Notes: a model not told the origin generated them from the sequence alone. A stretch of DNA of 64,000 bases from an uncultured Chloroflexia bacterium (GCA_963726315.1 CAVSBZ010000005.1:1666829-1730828); one strand, 5' to 3'. Shown: positions 11,201 through 20,145, counted from the first letter of the stretch. Made by a program: numbers and translations.

Positions 11201-12209
11201 ATGGCGTTATTTTCGAAAGATCTTGGGATCGATCTTGGCACGAACAATACCAGGGCAGCTGAAGGTGGTCAGGTCATCCTTGACGAACCTACTGTAGCTG
11301 CGATCATCATTTCAGAACAAAAAATGGTTTCATGGGGGAAAGAAGCCCAAGATATGCTCGGGCGAGTCCCTGATTCAATCGAAGTCAACCGACCATTACG
11401 AAATGGTGTGATTGCAGATTATGAAGTTGCTGAGTACATCTTACGGGATATATTACGCAAACTGGGTGGTCCGTTACAGTTTTTTCGACCCCAGGTGATG
11501 ATTACCGTTCCGAATGGGATTACGAGTGTCGAACGCCGTGCAGTTCACGAGGCTGGTCTTCAAGCGGGGAGCCGGGACGTGGCTTTGATTCAACAACCAC
11601 TAGCAGCAGCAATTGGTGTAGACCTTCCTATTGGCACACCGTCGGGGAACTTGATCCTGTGTCTTGGAGGTGGTACTACCCAGGTTGCCGTGATTGCTAT
11701 GTATGGCATCGTTGCCGGAGAAACACTGCGCGCTGGCGGCACCGCATTGGATGAAGCAATCGTGAGTTATGTAAGAAAAAAATATGGCTTGATCATCGGG
11801 CAGATTACCGCAGAACAGGTTAAAATCAAAATTGGTGCAGCGGTACCGCAGGATGATGAGCAAAGCGTGGAAATTCAAGGGCAGGATCAGGTGACAGGCT
11901 TACCAAGACCTGTGACGCTGACCACCGGTGAAATCATTGATGCGTTGGAAGAGCCATTACACGCAATCGTTGAGACTGCCAGGCACGTGCTTGAGAAAGA
12001 CTCCTCCTGAATTAGTATCTGATATCATCGATCGCGGGATCGCCATCTGTGGGGGAGGTGCACTGCTGCGTGGGATTGATCGCTTATTTACCAAGGAGCT
12101 GGGTGTACCAGCTTATCTCGTGGATAATCCGACCACCTGCATCGTTCAGGGAGCTTCCCGCGCGATTAAAATGCATGATGTTCTCAGACGGAATTTGATC
12201 ACCGTCTGA
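11201..12209 (+). pseudogene. mreB: Rod-shape actin homologue MreB, interrupted by a +1 frame disruption near 11993-12001
   Basis: ORF 11201-12010 carries the MreB N-terminal 269 aa (DLGIDLGTNNT, ITVPNGITSVERRAV) and ends EKDSS*. The +1 frame continues with the canonical TPPELVSDIIDRGIAICGGGALLRGIDRLF...YLVDNPTTCIVQGA up to 12209. Confidence 0.85.
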
Positions 12210-12259
12210 GATTGGATCATAACCAGAAGTGGTGAGGCGATAATTCACCTCACCGCTTT

Positions 12260-12880
12260 TTATTCCAGGTAATACGTCATCCTTTGAAGATGCAGTACAG
12301 GGTCGATATATTGGACGCGGACATTCGTAGGTACAGATATATTAATCGGAGCGTAATTAAGGATGGCTCTAACGCCGGCTTCAAGAAGCGAATTTGTTAC
12401 CTGCTGCGCATGCTCGACCGGTACTGAGAGCATGGCGATTTGAACTCCAGCTTCCTTGATCTTCGTTACCATGTCTGAAATATCTTGAATGGTAAACCCA
12501 CCCACGTTTTTACCAATTTTCTGGGGGTCGTTGTCGAATAAAAGGACGATATTAAAGCCACGATTTGAGAATCCCTGGTAGCGGGCAAGGGCATGACCGA
12601 CATCACCTATACCGACGATAACCACATCCCAGACTTTATTGACGCATAAAATTTGCCGAAGTTGTTCGGTCAAGAAATCTATGTTATATCCAGTGCCTTG
12701 CTTTCCAAATTCACCGAATTGAGATAGATCCTTGCGAATTTGAGCGGCAGAAATTCCCAGCCTTTCACCTAATTCCTGAGAAGAAGTTACCCGTCTTCCT
12801 TCCTGGTTCATCAGCTGTAGCGTGCGCAGATAGAGGGGCAGCCTTCCTACGACAATATTGGGAACAAATTTTTCATCCAT
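12260..12880 (-). CDS. rex: Redox-sensing transcriptional repressor Rex
   Basis: Rex N-terminus (VVGRLPLYLRTLQ, SSQELGERLGISAAQIRKDLSQFGEFGKQGTGY) plus a Rossmann motif (VVIVGIGDVGHAL). I chose the ATG at 12880, which has a GGAGG upstream, over the longer ORF start at 12946. Confidence 0.85.
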   Translation of the reverse strand: MDEKFVPNIVVGRLPLYLRTLQLMNQEGRRVTSSQELGERLGISAAQIRKDLSQFGEFGKQGTGYNIDFLTEQLRQILCVNKVWDVVIVGIGDVGHALARYQGFSNRGFNIVLLFDNDPQKIGKNVGGFTIQDISDMVTKIKEAGVQIAMLSVPVEHAQQVTNSLLEAGVRAILNYAPINISVPTNVRVQYIDPVLHLQRMTYYLE

Positions 12881-12930
12881 AAGGCCTCCAATTTGGCGAA
12901 ATCGCTTAAAATTTACCACAGTTTTCGATA

Positions 12931-12948
12931 TAGTGCAATTCTCCACAA
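12931..12948. promoter_or_regulatory. Candidate Rex operator (imperfect inverted repeat, GTG-N8-CAC spacing)
   Basis: The minus strand reads TTGTGGAGAATTGCACTA, compared with the generic Rex box TTGTGAA-N4-TTCACAA. It matches 11 of 14 defined positions and lies about 50-70 nt upstream of the rex ATG. Confidence 0.35.
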
Positions 12949-13014
12949 TAATAAAACAAATAATGTACTAGTATGTAACAACCTTGATACAAATAATGTG
13001 TCGTGCAGAGGCGA

Positions 13015-13023
13015 TGGTATAAT
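13015..13023 (+). promoter_or_regulatory. Candidate extended -10 promoter element for obg (TGgTATAAT)
   Basis: TGGTATAAT lies 36 nt upstream of the obg ATG. The -35 is poor. Sequence inspection only. Confidence 0.35.
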
Positions 13024-13058
13024 TTATAAAAATATGCCCAAGGCTAAAAAAATACTCA

Positions 13059-14318
13059 ATGTTCATTGATGAAGCTGAAATCTATGTAAGATCTGGGAAA
13101 GGCGGAGATGGATCGGTGCATTTCCGCCGTGAAAAGTATATCCCACGAGGGGGTCCGGACGGTGGTGATGGGGGCAGAGGTGGCGATATTCGCATTCAAG
13201 TATCTGCAGCTTTGAATACATTGCATGAATTTCAGCACCAGCACCGCTTTATTGCTGATGATGGAAAACGTGGAGCTAAACAAAATCAGACCGGTCATTC
13301 TGCTGATGATTTGGTCATCCTCGTCCCACCGGGGACAATCATCTACAATGCAGATAATCATGAGTTAGTGGCAGACCTGGTCAATGATGATCAGGAGATC
13401 ACGCTATGCAAGGGAGGACGTGGCGGAAGAGGCAATTCCCGTTTTGCTAACTCTCGCGATCAAGCCCCTCGAATTGCTGAGAAAGGGGCACCCGGTGAAG
13501 AACGGAGACTCCGCTTGGAGCTAAGGTTGATCGCTGACGTTGGAATTATCGGCATTCCGAATGCCGGAAAATCGACCCTTTTAGCGGCGGTTACCAACGC
13601 TAAACCGAAAATTGCAGATTATCCATTTACCACGATTGACCCGAACCTGGGTGTTGCCAACCTGGACGATAACCGGTCATTGGTTTTGGCAGATATCCCG
13701 GGATTGATTGAAGGTGCCCACATTGGCACAGGGCTTGGCTTCGAATTCCTCCGACATATCCAGAGGACACGGGTTTTAATTCACTTGCTGGATGGTTTAG
13801 CAGGAAACCCCGTTGTAGATTACGCCCAGATCAACACTGAGCTGGCCCTATTTGATCCTGATCTGGCGAAAAAGCCACAAATAGTGGCGGTGACCAAGAT
13901 GGATATCCCCGAGGTTCAAGGCCGCTGGGAAGCCATTCGGCGAGAGCTCAAGAAAAAGGGTATCTCAGCCATTGATATATCTGCAGTGGCGAGGACCAAT
14001 TTACGTCCACTATTAGAAAAAACGTACGAATTACTACTTTCTACCCCAAATGCACCAAAAGAAGCTTTGGTTCCGGTTTATCATCCACAGAGCGACCCGA
14101 GGCAGTATGAGATCACACGCACATCCAACGGTTGGCGTATCTCGGGAACATCGATTGAGCGGGCAGCAGCCATGACCTATTGGGATAATGATGACTCTAT
14201 CAGGCGTTTTCATCGCATTCTAGAGGCGCTAGGGATCGGTAAAGCTTTGCGCGATGCAGGTGTGAAAGATGGAGATACAGTAAGTGTGGGTGACTATGAA
14301 TTAGAGTGGGTGGATTGA
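13059..14318 (+). CDS. obg: GTPase Obg/CgtA
   Basis: Obg fold N-terminus (MFIDEAEIYVRSGKGGDGSVHFRREKYIPRGGPDGGDGGRGGDI), G1 GIPNAGKST, G3 DIPGLIEGA, and a C-terminal OCT-like domain. Confidence 0.95.
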   Translation: MFIDEAEIYVRSGKGGDGSVHFRREKYIPRGGPDGGDGGRGGDIRIQVSAALNTLHEFQHQHRFIADDGKRGAKQNQTGHSADDLVILVPPGTIIYNADNHELVADLVNDDQEITLCKGGRGGRGNSRFANSRDQAPRIAEKGAPGEERRLRLELRLIADVGIIGIPNAGKSTLLAAVTNAKPKIADYPFTTIDPNLGVANLDDNRSLVLADIPGLIEGAHIGTGLGFEFLRHIQRTRVLIHLLDGLAGNPVVDYAQINTELALFDPDLAKKPQIVAVTKMDIPEVQGRWEAIRRELKKKGISAIDISAVARTNLRPLLEKTYELLLSTPNAPKEALVPVYHPQSDPRQYEITRTSNGWRISGTSIERAAAMTYWDNDDSIRRFHRILEALGIGKALRDAGVKDGDTVSVGDYELEWVD

Positions 14319-14323
14319 GATCG

Positions 14324-14923
14324 ATGAAAATAGGAATATTTGGGGGAACCTTTGATCCACCCCATATTGGGCACCAGATCCTGGCTGAAAATGCACAGGC
14401 CCAACTGGATCTGGACCAGGTATTGTGGGTGTTGACACCATTTCCACCTCATAAAACTACACAAAAAATCTCTCCAATTCACGATCGAATGATGATGGTA
14501 TTGCTGGCAATCTCCGGAAATGCAAAATTCAAACTATCACGTGTGGATATTGACAGGGAGCCACCTCATTACGCTGTAGACACCGTCGCTGCACTGCGCG
14601 AGAAAAGCCTGAAGGATGAATTTTATTATCTGATGGGAGCTGATTCGTTGAATGACCTACCCTCCTGGCATGAACCGGAGAGGTTTGTCTCGTTGTGTCA
14701 TTGGATTATTGTTATGGTACGGCACAATGAACCACCAGCAACAAGCCAATTAAGAGATCAGATTCCGAATCTTATGGATAAAGTATCTTTCTTGGAGACA
14801 CCTTTGATCGAAATTTCTGGGACCGATATTCGTGATCGAGCTGAGAAGGGGAAATCATTCCGCTACCAGGTGCCGGAAAAAATTCACAGTTACATTCTAA
14901 ACCACAAACTCTATCACGTTTAA
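14324..14923 (+). CDS. nadD: Nicotinate-nucleotide adenylyltransferase
   Basis: GIFGGTFDPPHIGH nucleotidyltransferase motif at the N-terminus; ISGTDIR near the C-terminus. I chose the ATG at 14324. Confidence 0.85.
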   Translation: MKIGIFGGTFDPPHIGHQILAENAQAQLDLDQVLWVLTPFPPHKTTQKISPIHDRMMMVLLAISGNAKFKLSRVDIDREPPHYAVDTVAALREKSLKDEFYYLMGADSLNDLPSWHEPERFVSLCHWIIVMVRHNEPPATSQLRDQIPNLMDKVSFLETPLIEISGTDIRDRAEKGKSFRYQVPEKIHSYILNHKLYHV

Positions 14924-15714
14924 GGCAGAGATAAGATAAACTCACGGACAGCCTGGTTATATTTATCGGGTTGTTCCAGGTTGGCAAGATGACCTGCGGT
15001 GGGAATAACAACCAGACGTGAATTCGCAATCTGGTCATGCATCAGCTCTGCTTCTTTAACGGGAATCAACTGATCATCGGCACCATGGATAACCAGCGTC
15101 GGGCATTTTACCTCGGGTAATAATGGAGTTGAATCAGATCTGTCGCGCATACCTTGTAAAGCACCCACCACACCATTGACCGATGTCTCGAGCATGATAT
15201 CTTCAATGGAATCAACCAGAGGTTTATTCGAACTGAATGTGAGAGGTGTTACGAGCTTGGCAAGCATATTATCCACAATAAAGGCCACTCCATGCTCGCG
15301 AACGTTTCTAACACCAACATCGCGGTTAGTTTTAGCCTCAGCCGAATCAGCTCCGGAACGTGTAGACGTTAAGATTAAACCCTTGAACAATTCCGGATAT
15401 TTTCTATATAGGGCTAGGGTCACATAACCACCCATGGATAACCCACACACGACAATAGGAGTATTTAATTGAAGGCTAGCCAACAACCTATAACAATCTG
15501 CTGCTAGTAAGTCCATGCGGTACGTGCCATCAAATGCGTAGGAATCGCCATGCCCACGCAGATCCACAGAGATAATCGAGGCAATATCAGATAGTCCATC
15601 CATCTGAGGGTACCAAATTTTACGCGAAAGTGGATACCCGTGAATAAAGAGTACGGGTATGCCGACACCTGCACGCTCATATTCTAAATATCCTTCATCT
15701 AGTGGATATTTCAT
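14920..15714 (-). CDS. Alpha/beta-fold hydrolase
   Basis: Nucleophile elbow GLSMGG, an HG dipeptide (FIHGYP) and a C-terminal AGHLANLEQP. I chose the ATG at 15714, preceded by AGGAGG. Confidence 0.75.
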   Translation of the reverse strand: MKYPLDEGYLEYERAGVGIPVLFIHGYPLSRKIWYPQMDGLSDIASIISVDLRGHGDSYAFDGTYRMDLLAADCYRLLASLQLNTPIVVCGLSMGGYVTLALYRKYPELFKGLILTSTRSGADSAEAKTNRDVGVRNVREHGVAFIVDNMLAKLVTPLTFSSNKPLVDSIEDIMLETSVNGVVGALQGMRDRSDSTPLLPEVKCPTLVIHGADDQLIPVKEAELMHDQIANSRLVVIPTAGHLANLEQPDKYNQAVREFILSLP

Positions 15715-15812
15715 GATTTCCTCCTGTTCGCTATTCCCCATTGAGTATGTTTATAAAAAATAAACCAACTCCTTAAAAAGGTCTTGAGGAGTTGGAGCCG
15801 GTTAAAAACCTG

Positions 15813-15888
15813 TCGGGGCGCCGGGAGTTGAACCCGGGACCTCTTGCACCCCATGCAAGCGCGCTGAGCCGGACTGCGCTACGCCCCG
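15813..15888 (-). tRNA. tRNA-Pro (anticodon GGG)
   Basis: Hand-folded cloverleaf: acceptor CGGGGCG/CGCCCCG, D stem GCGC/GCGC, anticodon stem CTTGC/GCAAG with loop ATGGGGT, T arm CCGGG-TTCAACT-CCCGG, discriminator A. No encoded CCA. Confidence 0.85.
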
Positions 15889-15977
15889 ATTGTATAAAGC
15901 GGGCAGATTATAGCGTATTCACACAGTTCTGACAACCCCTGGATAAAATCAGATCGATAAATTGGGCTTGATTGCAC

Positions 15978-16006
15978 TTGACATGGAGTGTTATGTTTGA
16001 TATGCT
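15978..16006 (+). promoter_or_regulatory. Candidate sigma-70-type promoter of the TetR/beta-oxidation operon
   Basis: TTGACA (15978-15983), a 17-nt spacer, then TATGCT (16001-16006), 34 nt upstream of the TTG start. Confidence 0.45.
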
Positions 16007-16008
16007 AT

Positions 16009-16030
16009 CCCTACCGAATGTTCGGTAGGG
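16009..16030. promoter_or_regulatory. Perfect 22-bp palindrome (10-bp arms); candidate TetR operator and/or 5'-UTR hairpin overlapping the RBS
   Basis: CCCTACCGAA-TG-TTCGGTAGGG lies between the putative -10 and the start codon. Its 3' arm overlaps the GGGAGG Shine-Dalgarno. Confidence 0.5.
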
Positions 16031-16039
16031 AGGATTAAT

Positions 16040-16603
16040 TTGACTCGAGAAGGTATCATCGAGGCTGCTGCCAGAATATTTAGCGAGAAGGGCTTTCATG
16101 CCACATCGATGCAGGACATCGCGGATGCGGTTGACTTACAAAAAGCTAGCCTTTACTACCATTTTTCCAGTAAACAGGAGATTCTTGCGGATATCTTAGA
16201 TCGAGCCTTGGATCTTATCAACAACCGGCTCGAGCTGGTGCTTTCACAGTCGTTATCACCAGATGAAAAATTACGGCAGGCTATGGTATCTTACCTCGAG
16301 ACGATTGCAGAGAACCAAAACTTGTCAGCAGTACTTCTATTGGAGTTAAGGTCGCTAGCCCCCGAACTTAAAGAACTTCACGCATCTCGAAGGGAGAAGT
16401 TCGAAAGATTGTGGAGAGATTTAATAATTGAAGGCACCCAACAAGGTGTGTTTACTGAAGTAGATCCTTCTTTAACTGGAAGAGCGATTCTGGGGGTGAT
16501 GAATTGGACCGTCACATGGTACCGCCGTGATGGAGCTCGATCAGCCGAGGAAATTGCCGAGCTGTTTGCGGATTTATTGTTGGATGGATTGCGAATAAAT
16601 TGA
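16040..16603 (+). CDS. TetR/AcrR family transcriptional regulator (FadR-like by context)
   Basis: TetR helix-turn-helix (FSEKGFHATSMQDIADAVDLQKASLYYHFSSKQEIL). First gene of a co-directional fatty-acid degradation cluster. Confidence 0.85.
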   Translation: MTREGIIEAAARIFSEKGFHATSMQDIADAVDLQKASLYYHFSSKQEILADILDRALDLINNRLELVLSQSLSPDEKLRQAMVSYLETIAENQNLSAVLLLELRSLAPELKELHASRREKFERLWRDLIIEGTQQGVFTEVDPSLTGRAILGVMNWTVTWYRRDGARSAEEIAELFADLLLDGLRIN

Positions 16604-17551
16604 ATGAATACATACCAATCAGCAGGTGGGGCGAAGATTTACCAGATCTCAATTCACGAATTCCCAGGTTTAGTGGGAAATGTTTACCTGGTGATAGCAG
16701 GCAATTACCGGGTGTTAATTGATACCGGTTCAGGTTTTGGAGATTCAAACCATGAGCTTGAGATAGGGTTGGATGCTATTCGTCAACAATACGATGAGGA
16801 AGTAGCATTTAGCACATTAACACACATCTTTATTACTCATGGGCATATCGATCATTATGGAGGCCTTCCATACATCAGGGAACGCACCAACGCACGGATC
16901 TGTATTCATGAGCTGGATCAAAGGATCGTCTCAAACCATCATGAAAGGTTGTCATTAGCAGCCCATCGGCTGGAGGAATTCCTGACCGAAGCGGGAGTAA
17001 AGCCGGAACAGCGAGTAAATGAGATTGAGATGTATAAAATCACAAAAAGCTTTTACCGCTCGGTGAATGTAGACCTGACCTATGAGGCAATGGGAATGGA
17101 GTTGGGACCGTTCAAGTTTATTCATGTGCCCGGACATTGTGCCGGGCACGTGTTAATCAAGCTGCACGATGTCCTTTTTAGTGGCGATCATATTTTAGAG
17201 AAAACCAGCCCACACCAGGCACCAGAACAAATCACCTTATCCACAGGATTGGATACGTACCTGCGGTCACTTGAAATTACCAGACCATTAGCTAGGAAGG
17301 TGAAACTTACCTTGGGAGGGCATGAGAACCCCATCTTGGACCTGGATAGGCGGATAGATGAGATCAGATCTGTCCATCGTGAAAGATTACAAAGGATTCT
17401 CAATATTTTAGCCAAACCCCATACCATTGCCGAAATATCCAGATACTTATTCGGAAAAATTGATGGGTACACGGTCTTGTTAGCGTTAGAAGAAGCGGGT
17501 GCACACATCGAGTATTTATACCAGCGAGGTTATTTAAAATTTCGAATTTAA
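16604..17551 (+). CDS. MBL-fold metallo-hydrolase
   Basis: HxHxDH motif (THGHIDHYGG) and a downstream HVPGHCAGH. The ATG abuts the tetR stop codon. Confidence 0.8.
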   Translation: MNTYQSAGGAKIYQISIHEFPGLVGNVYLVIAGNYRVLIDTGSGFGDSNHELEIGLDAIRQQYDEEVAFSTLTHIFITHGHIDHYGGLPYIRERTNARICIHELDQRIVSNHHERLSLAAHRLEEFLTEAGVKPEQRVNEIEMYKITKSFYRSVNVDLTYEAMGMELGPFKFIHVPGHCAGHVLIKLHDVLFSGDHILEKTSPHQAPEQITLSTGLDTYLRSLEITRPLARKVKLTLGGHENPILDLDRRIDEIRSVHRERLQRILNILAKPHTIAEISRYLFGKIDGYTVLLALEEAGAHIEYLYQRGYLKFRI

Positions 17552-17660
17552 TAGATATCGAAGAAAATACCAATCTAGTACCTATCCGTTACCAATGCGT
17601 CGAGAATACTATCAATAATATTTAGGTCTGTTTTTCAAAGAATGACAAAGGAGGAATTCC

Positions 17661-18755
17661 ATGTATTCATTTGAACCGACTGAAGAGCAAAAAATGTTAA
17701 TTGATACGGTCGCACGATATGCGACCAGCAATTTGCGACCAGCCAGCCATGATGCCGATGAAGAGAAGCAATTACCAATAAACTTGATCAAGAAAGGCTG
17801 GGAGCTGGGTGTATTACAAGCCTCCACACCCGAGGTATATGGTGGGTTTGGTGAGCATTCCGCAGTTACAGGGGTGCTGGCAGCGGAGGAAATGGCATAT
17901 GGAGATTTGGCGGGCGCACTTTCTGTTATGTTGCCCGGTCTATTCGCCATCCCGATCCTACTGTGTGGTAATGAAGAACAGAAGAAAAACTATTTACCAT
18001 CCATTATTGAAGGTGATTGGACACCTTACACTGCTGCATTGATAGAACCATTTTATGATAACGACCCTAATGATTTGAAAACCACGGCCACAATCGATGG
18101 CGATGAATACGTCATTTCGGGTGAAAAATCATATGTCCCATTTGCTAGAGATGCAAAGGCGATGATTGTATATGCATCCTTGAACGGGAAAACGCAAGGT
18201 TTTATCATTCCAAACGGAGCGACAGGGATCCAGGTTGGAGAACGACAAAAAATGCTGGGGATCAACGCAATGTTTGTTCATCCGGTGTCGTTTAACTCCG
18301 TGCGCATCCCGATTTCTAGCCGCCTTGGTGGAGTGGATGGGCATGATTTCTCACCGATCCTGGCGTCATATTGGTTGGCGACAGCTGCGATGGCATTAGG
18401 TGTATCGAAAGCTGCGTTGGAATATGCGGTCAACTATGCCAAAGATCGCGATGTATTTGGGGTGAAAGTCGCTCAAAAACAGTCGATTGCATTCATGCTT
18501 GCGGAAATGGCGACTGAAATCGAAGCAATCCGCTGCCTGACATGGGAAGCCGCCTGGCAGTTAGATACTGGCAAAGAGGAGGCTTACAGAGAAGCTTATC
18601 TGGCTTTTTCCGGGGCAGCCGATATGGCAATGATGGTTACCGACCGAGCAGTTCAGATACTGGGAGGTCATGGATATATACGCGAACACCCAGTGGAAAA
18701 ATGGATGCGAGAGGGACGGAGCTTCGTTATGCTGAATGGGCTGGCAATCATTTAA
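17661..18755 (+). CDS. Acyl-CoA dehydrogenase family protein (short form, lacks the C-terminal YEGT catalytic-Glu motif)
   Basis: ACAD fold recognisable (TEEQKMLIDTVARYA, ALIEP, ILGGHGYIREHPVEKWMRE). AGGAGG RBS. The C-terminus is ...SFVMLNGLAII. Confidence 0.85.
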   Translation: MYSFEPTEEQKMLIDTVARYATSNLRPASHDADEEKQLPINLIKKGWELGVLQASTPEVYGGFGEHSAVTGVLAAEEMAYGDLAGALSVMLPGLFAIPILLCGNEEQKKNYLPSIIEGDWTPYTAALIEPFYDNDPNDLKTTATIDGDEYVISGEKSYVPFARDAKAMIVYASLNGKTQGFIIPNGATGIQVGERQKMLGINAMFVHPVSFNSVRIPISSRLGGVDGHDFSPILASYWLATAAMALGVSKAALEYAVNYAKDRDVFGVKVAQKQSIAFMLAEMATEIEAIRCLTWEAAWQLDTGKEEAYREAYLAFSGAADMAMMVTDRAVQILGGHGYIREHPVEKWMREGRSFVMLNGLAII

Positions 18756-18797
18756 CCGTCATGGGTTTGATATGTCTTGGATAAGGAGATAAAAAAA

Positions 18798-20048
18798 ATG
18801 ATCGAATTTGAAGCACCCAAACCTATTGCACAGCAAAGCTACGTATTAAAAACCGTTGCTGAGAATATGATGCGACCGGTTTCACGATATTTTGATGAAC
18901 ATGAGCATGAGATTCCGTGGGATTACATCAACTTTATGCACATGGCGATGAAAGCTACGGGCGCCGGGTCACTTGCACCGAAAGAGTCTCCCAAAAGGGA
19001 CGCAGATGGTAAGGAAAGGCCACGGATAGGCTACCAGATGCTCGCATTTATGCTGGAAATGCTATCCTGGGGGGATGTAGGCATTTACCTGTGCACTCCG
19101 GGCGGTGGGCTCGGTGCTGCAGCTGTCCAAGCAAATGGCACTCCCGAACAGCAGGCAAAATTCTTGACCAGGTTCGGGGAAGAGAAACCTGCCTTTGGAG
19201 CCATGGCGATGACCGAATCACAGGCGGGGTCAGATACATCCGCAATTCGGACGTCCGCCGTTCTTGATAAGGATAAGAATGAATGGGTATTGAATGGAGA
19301 GAAGATATTTGTCACTGGAGGACAGAAGTCTCTAGAAGAAGGCAATGGACTTGTAGTAGTTTGGGCAACCATTGACCCTGCTGCCGGCAGGGCGGGAATG
19401 CGTCCATTTGTGGTGGAAGCCAATTCGCCCGGAATCAAGGTGAGTAAGTTGGAGCATAAAATGGGAATCCGCGCCAGTGATACTGCATCCTTGGTGCTCC
19501 AGGATTGCCGTGTACCCTTTGAAAATATATTAGGCAGTCCGGATGTTTCACAGGAAAAGACTACCACCGGGTTCAAAGGTGCCATGGCGACTTTCGATGC
19601 AACTCGCCCGTTGATTGGCGCCACAGCAGTTGGCGTAGCCCGGGCAACCCTTGAGCTACTTAAGGAAATCCTGGCACAGCAAGGCGTGTCAATCAGATAT
19701 GGTCTCCCCCGGCAGAAATTGACCAGTATTGAGCGCGATCTCATTGATATGGAGGTGATGCTGCGTTCCGCGTGGTTATTGGTGATAAAAGCTGTGTGGA
19801 TGGCAGACAATCGAAAATCCAACCCCCTGGAAGCTTCGATGTCCAAAGTGAGGGGAGGGGACGTGGTCACCAAGATTACACAGAAGGCAGTTGAGATCAT
19901 GGGACCATTAGGTTATAGCCAGGACTTGCTCCTGGAAAAATGGTTTAGAGACGCTAAAATCAGTGATATATATGAAGGGACTGGCCAGATAAACAGGCTC
20001 ATCGTCGCCAGGCATATTTTGGGTTACAGTGGAAGAGACTTGCGTTAA
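18798..20048 (+). CDS. Acyl-CoA dehydrogenase (catalytic YEGT motif present)
   Basis: MTESQAGSD; EKWFRDAKISDIYEGTGQINRLIVAR. I chose the ATG at 18798, with AAGGAG 9 nt upstream, over the TTG at 18777. Confidence 0.85.
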   Translation: MIEFEAPKPIAQQSYVLKTVAENMMRPVSRYFDEHEHEIPWDYINFMHMAMKATGAGSLAPKESPKRDADGKERPRIGYQMLAFMLEMLSWGDVGIYLCTPGGGLGAAAVQANGTPEQQAKFLTRFGEEKPAFGAMAMTESQAGSDTSAIRTSAVLDKDKNEWVLNGEKIFVTGGQKSLEEGNGLVVVWATIDPAAGRAGMRPFVVEANSPGIKVSKLEHKMGIRASDTASLVLQDCRVPFENILGSPDVSQEKTTTGFKGAMATFDATRPLIGATAVGVARATLELLKEILAQQGVSIRYGLPRQKLTSIERDLIDMEVMLRSAWLLVIKAVWMADNRKSNPLEASMSKVRGGDVVTKITQKAVEIMGPLGYSQDLLLEKWFRDAKISDIYEGTGQINRLIVARHILGYSGRDLR

Positions 20049-20145
20049 GATACTTAAAGGCTTATTGCTCCCTTCTATAAACACGGAGACGTTCATAATC
20101 TCGGTGTAATAGTAGTAATATCACGGTTTTCACGAAGGAGGAATT

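Noticed and set aside
11990-12010. Programmed prfB-like +1 frameshift in mreB
   Set aside because: The shift must occur at AAA-G, before the in-frame stop, in order to restore the conserved TPPEL. There is no upstream internal Shine-Dalgarno and no hungry or stop codon at the slip site. A single-base indel in the A-run is much more parsimonious.
15742-16039. Integrative element or genomic island at tRNA-Pro
   Set aside because: There is no integrase, no direct repeat of the tRNA 3' end, and no compositional break. The flanking genes are ordinary metabolic genes.
19085-19900. 271-aa minus-strand ORF, and many similar 60-140-aa antisense or out-of-frame ORFs (e.g. 118-453, 5047-5379, 20211-20633, 22557-22886, 29140-29538, 31415-31858, 35264-35641)
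   Set aside because: All lie entirely inside well-supported genes on the opposite strand or in another frame. They have low-complexity Ser/Arg/Pro-rich translations and no RBS, so they are shadow ORFs.
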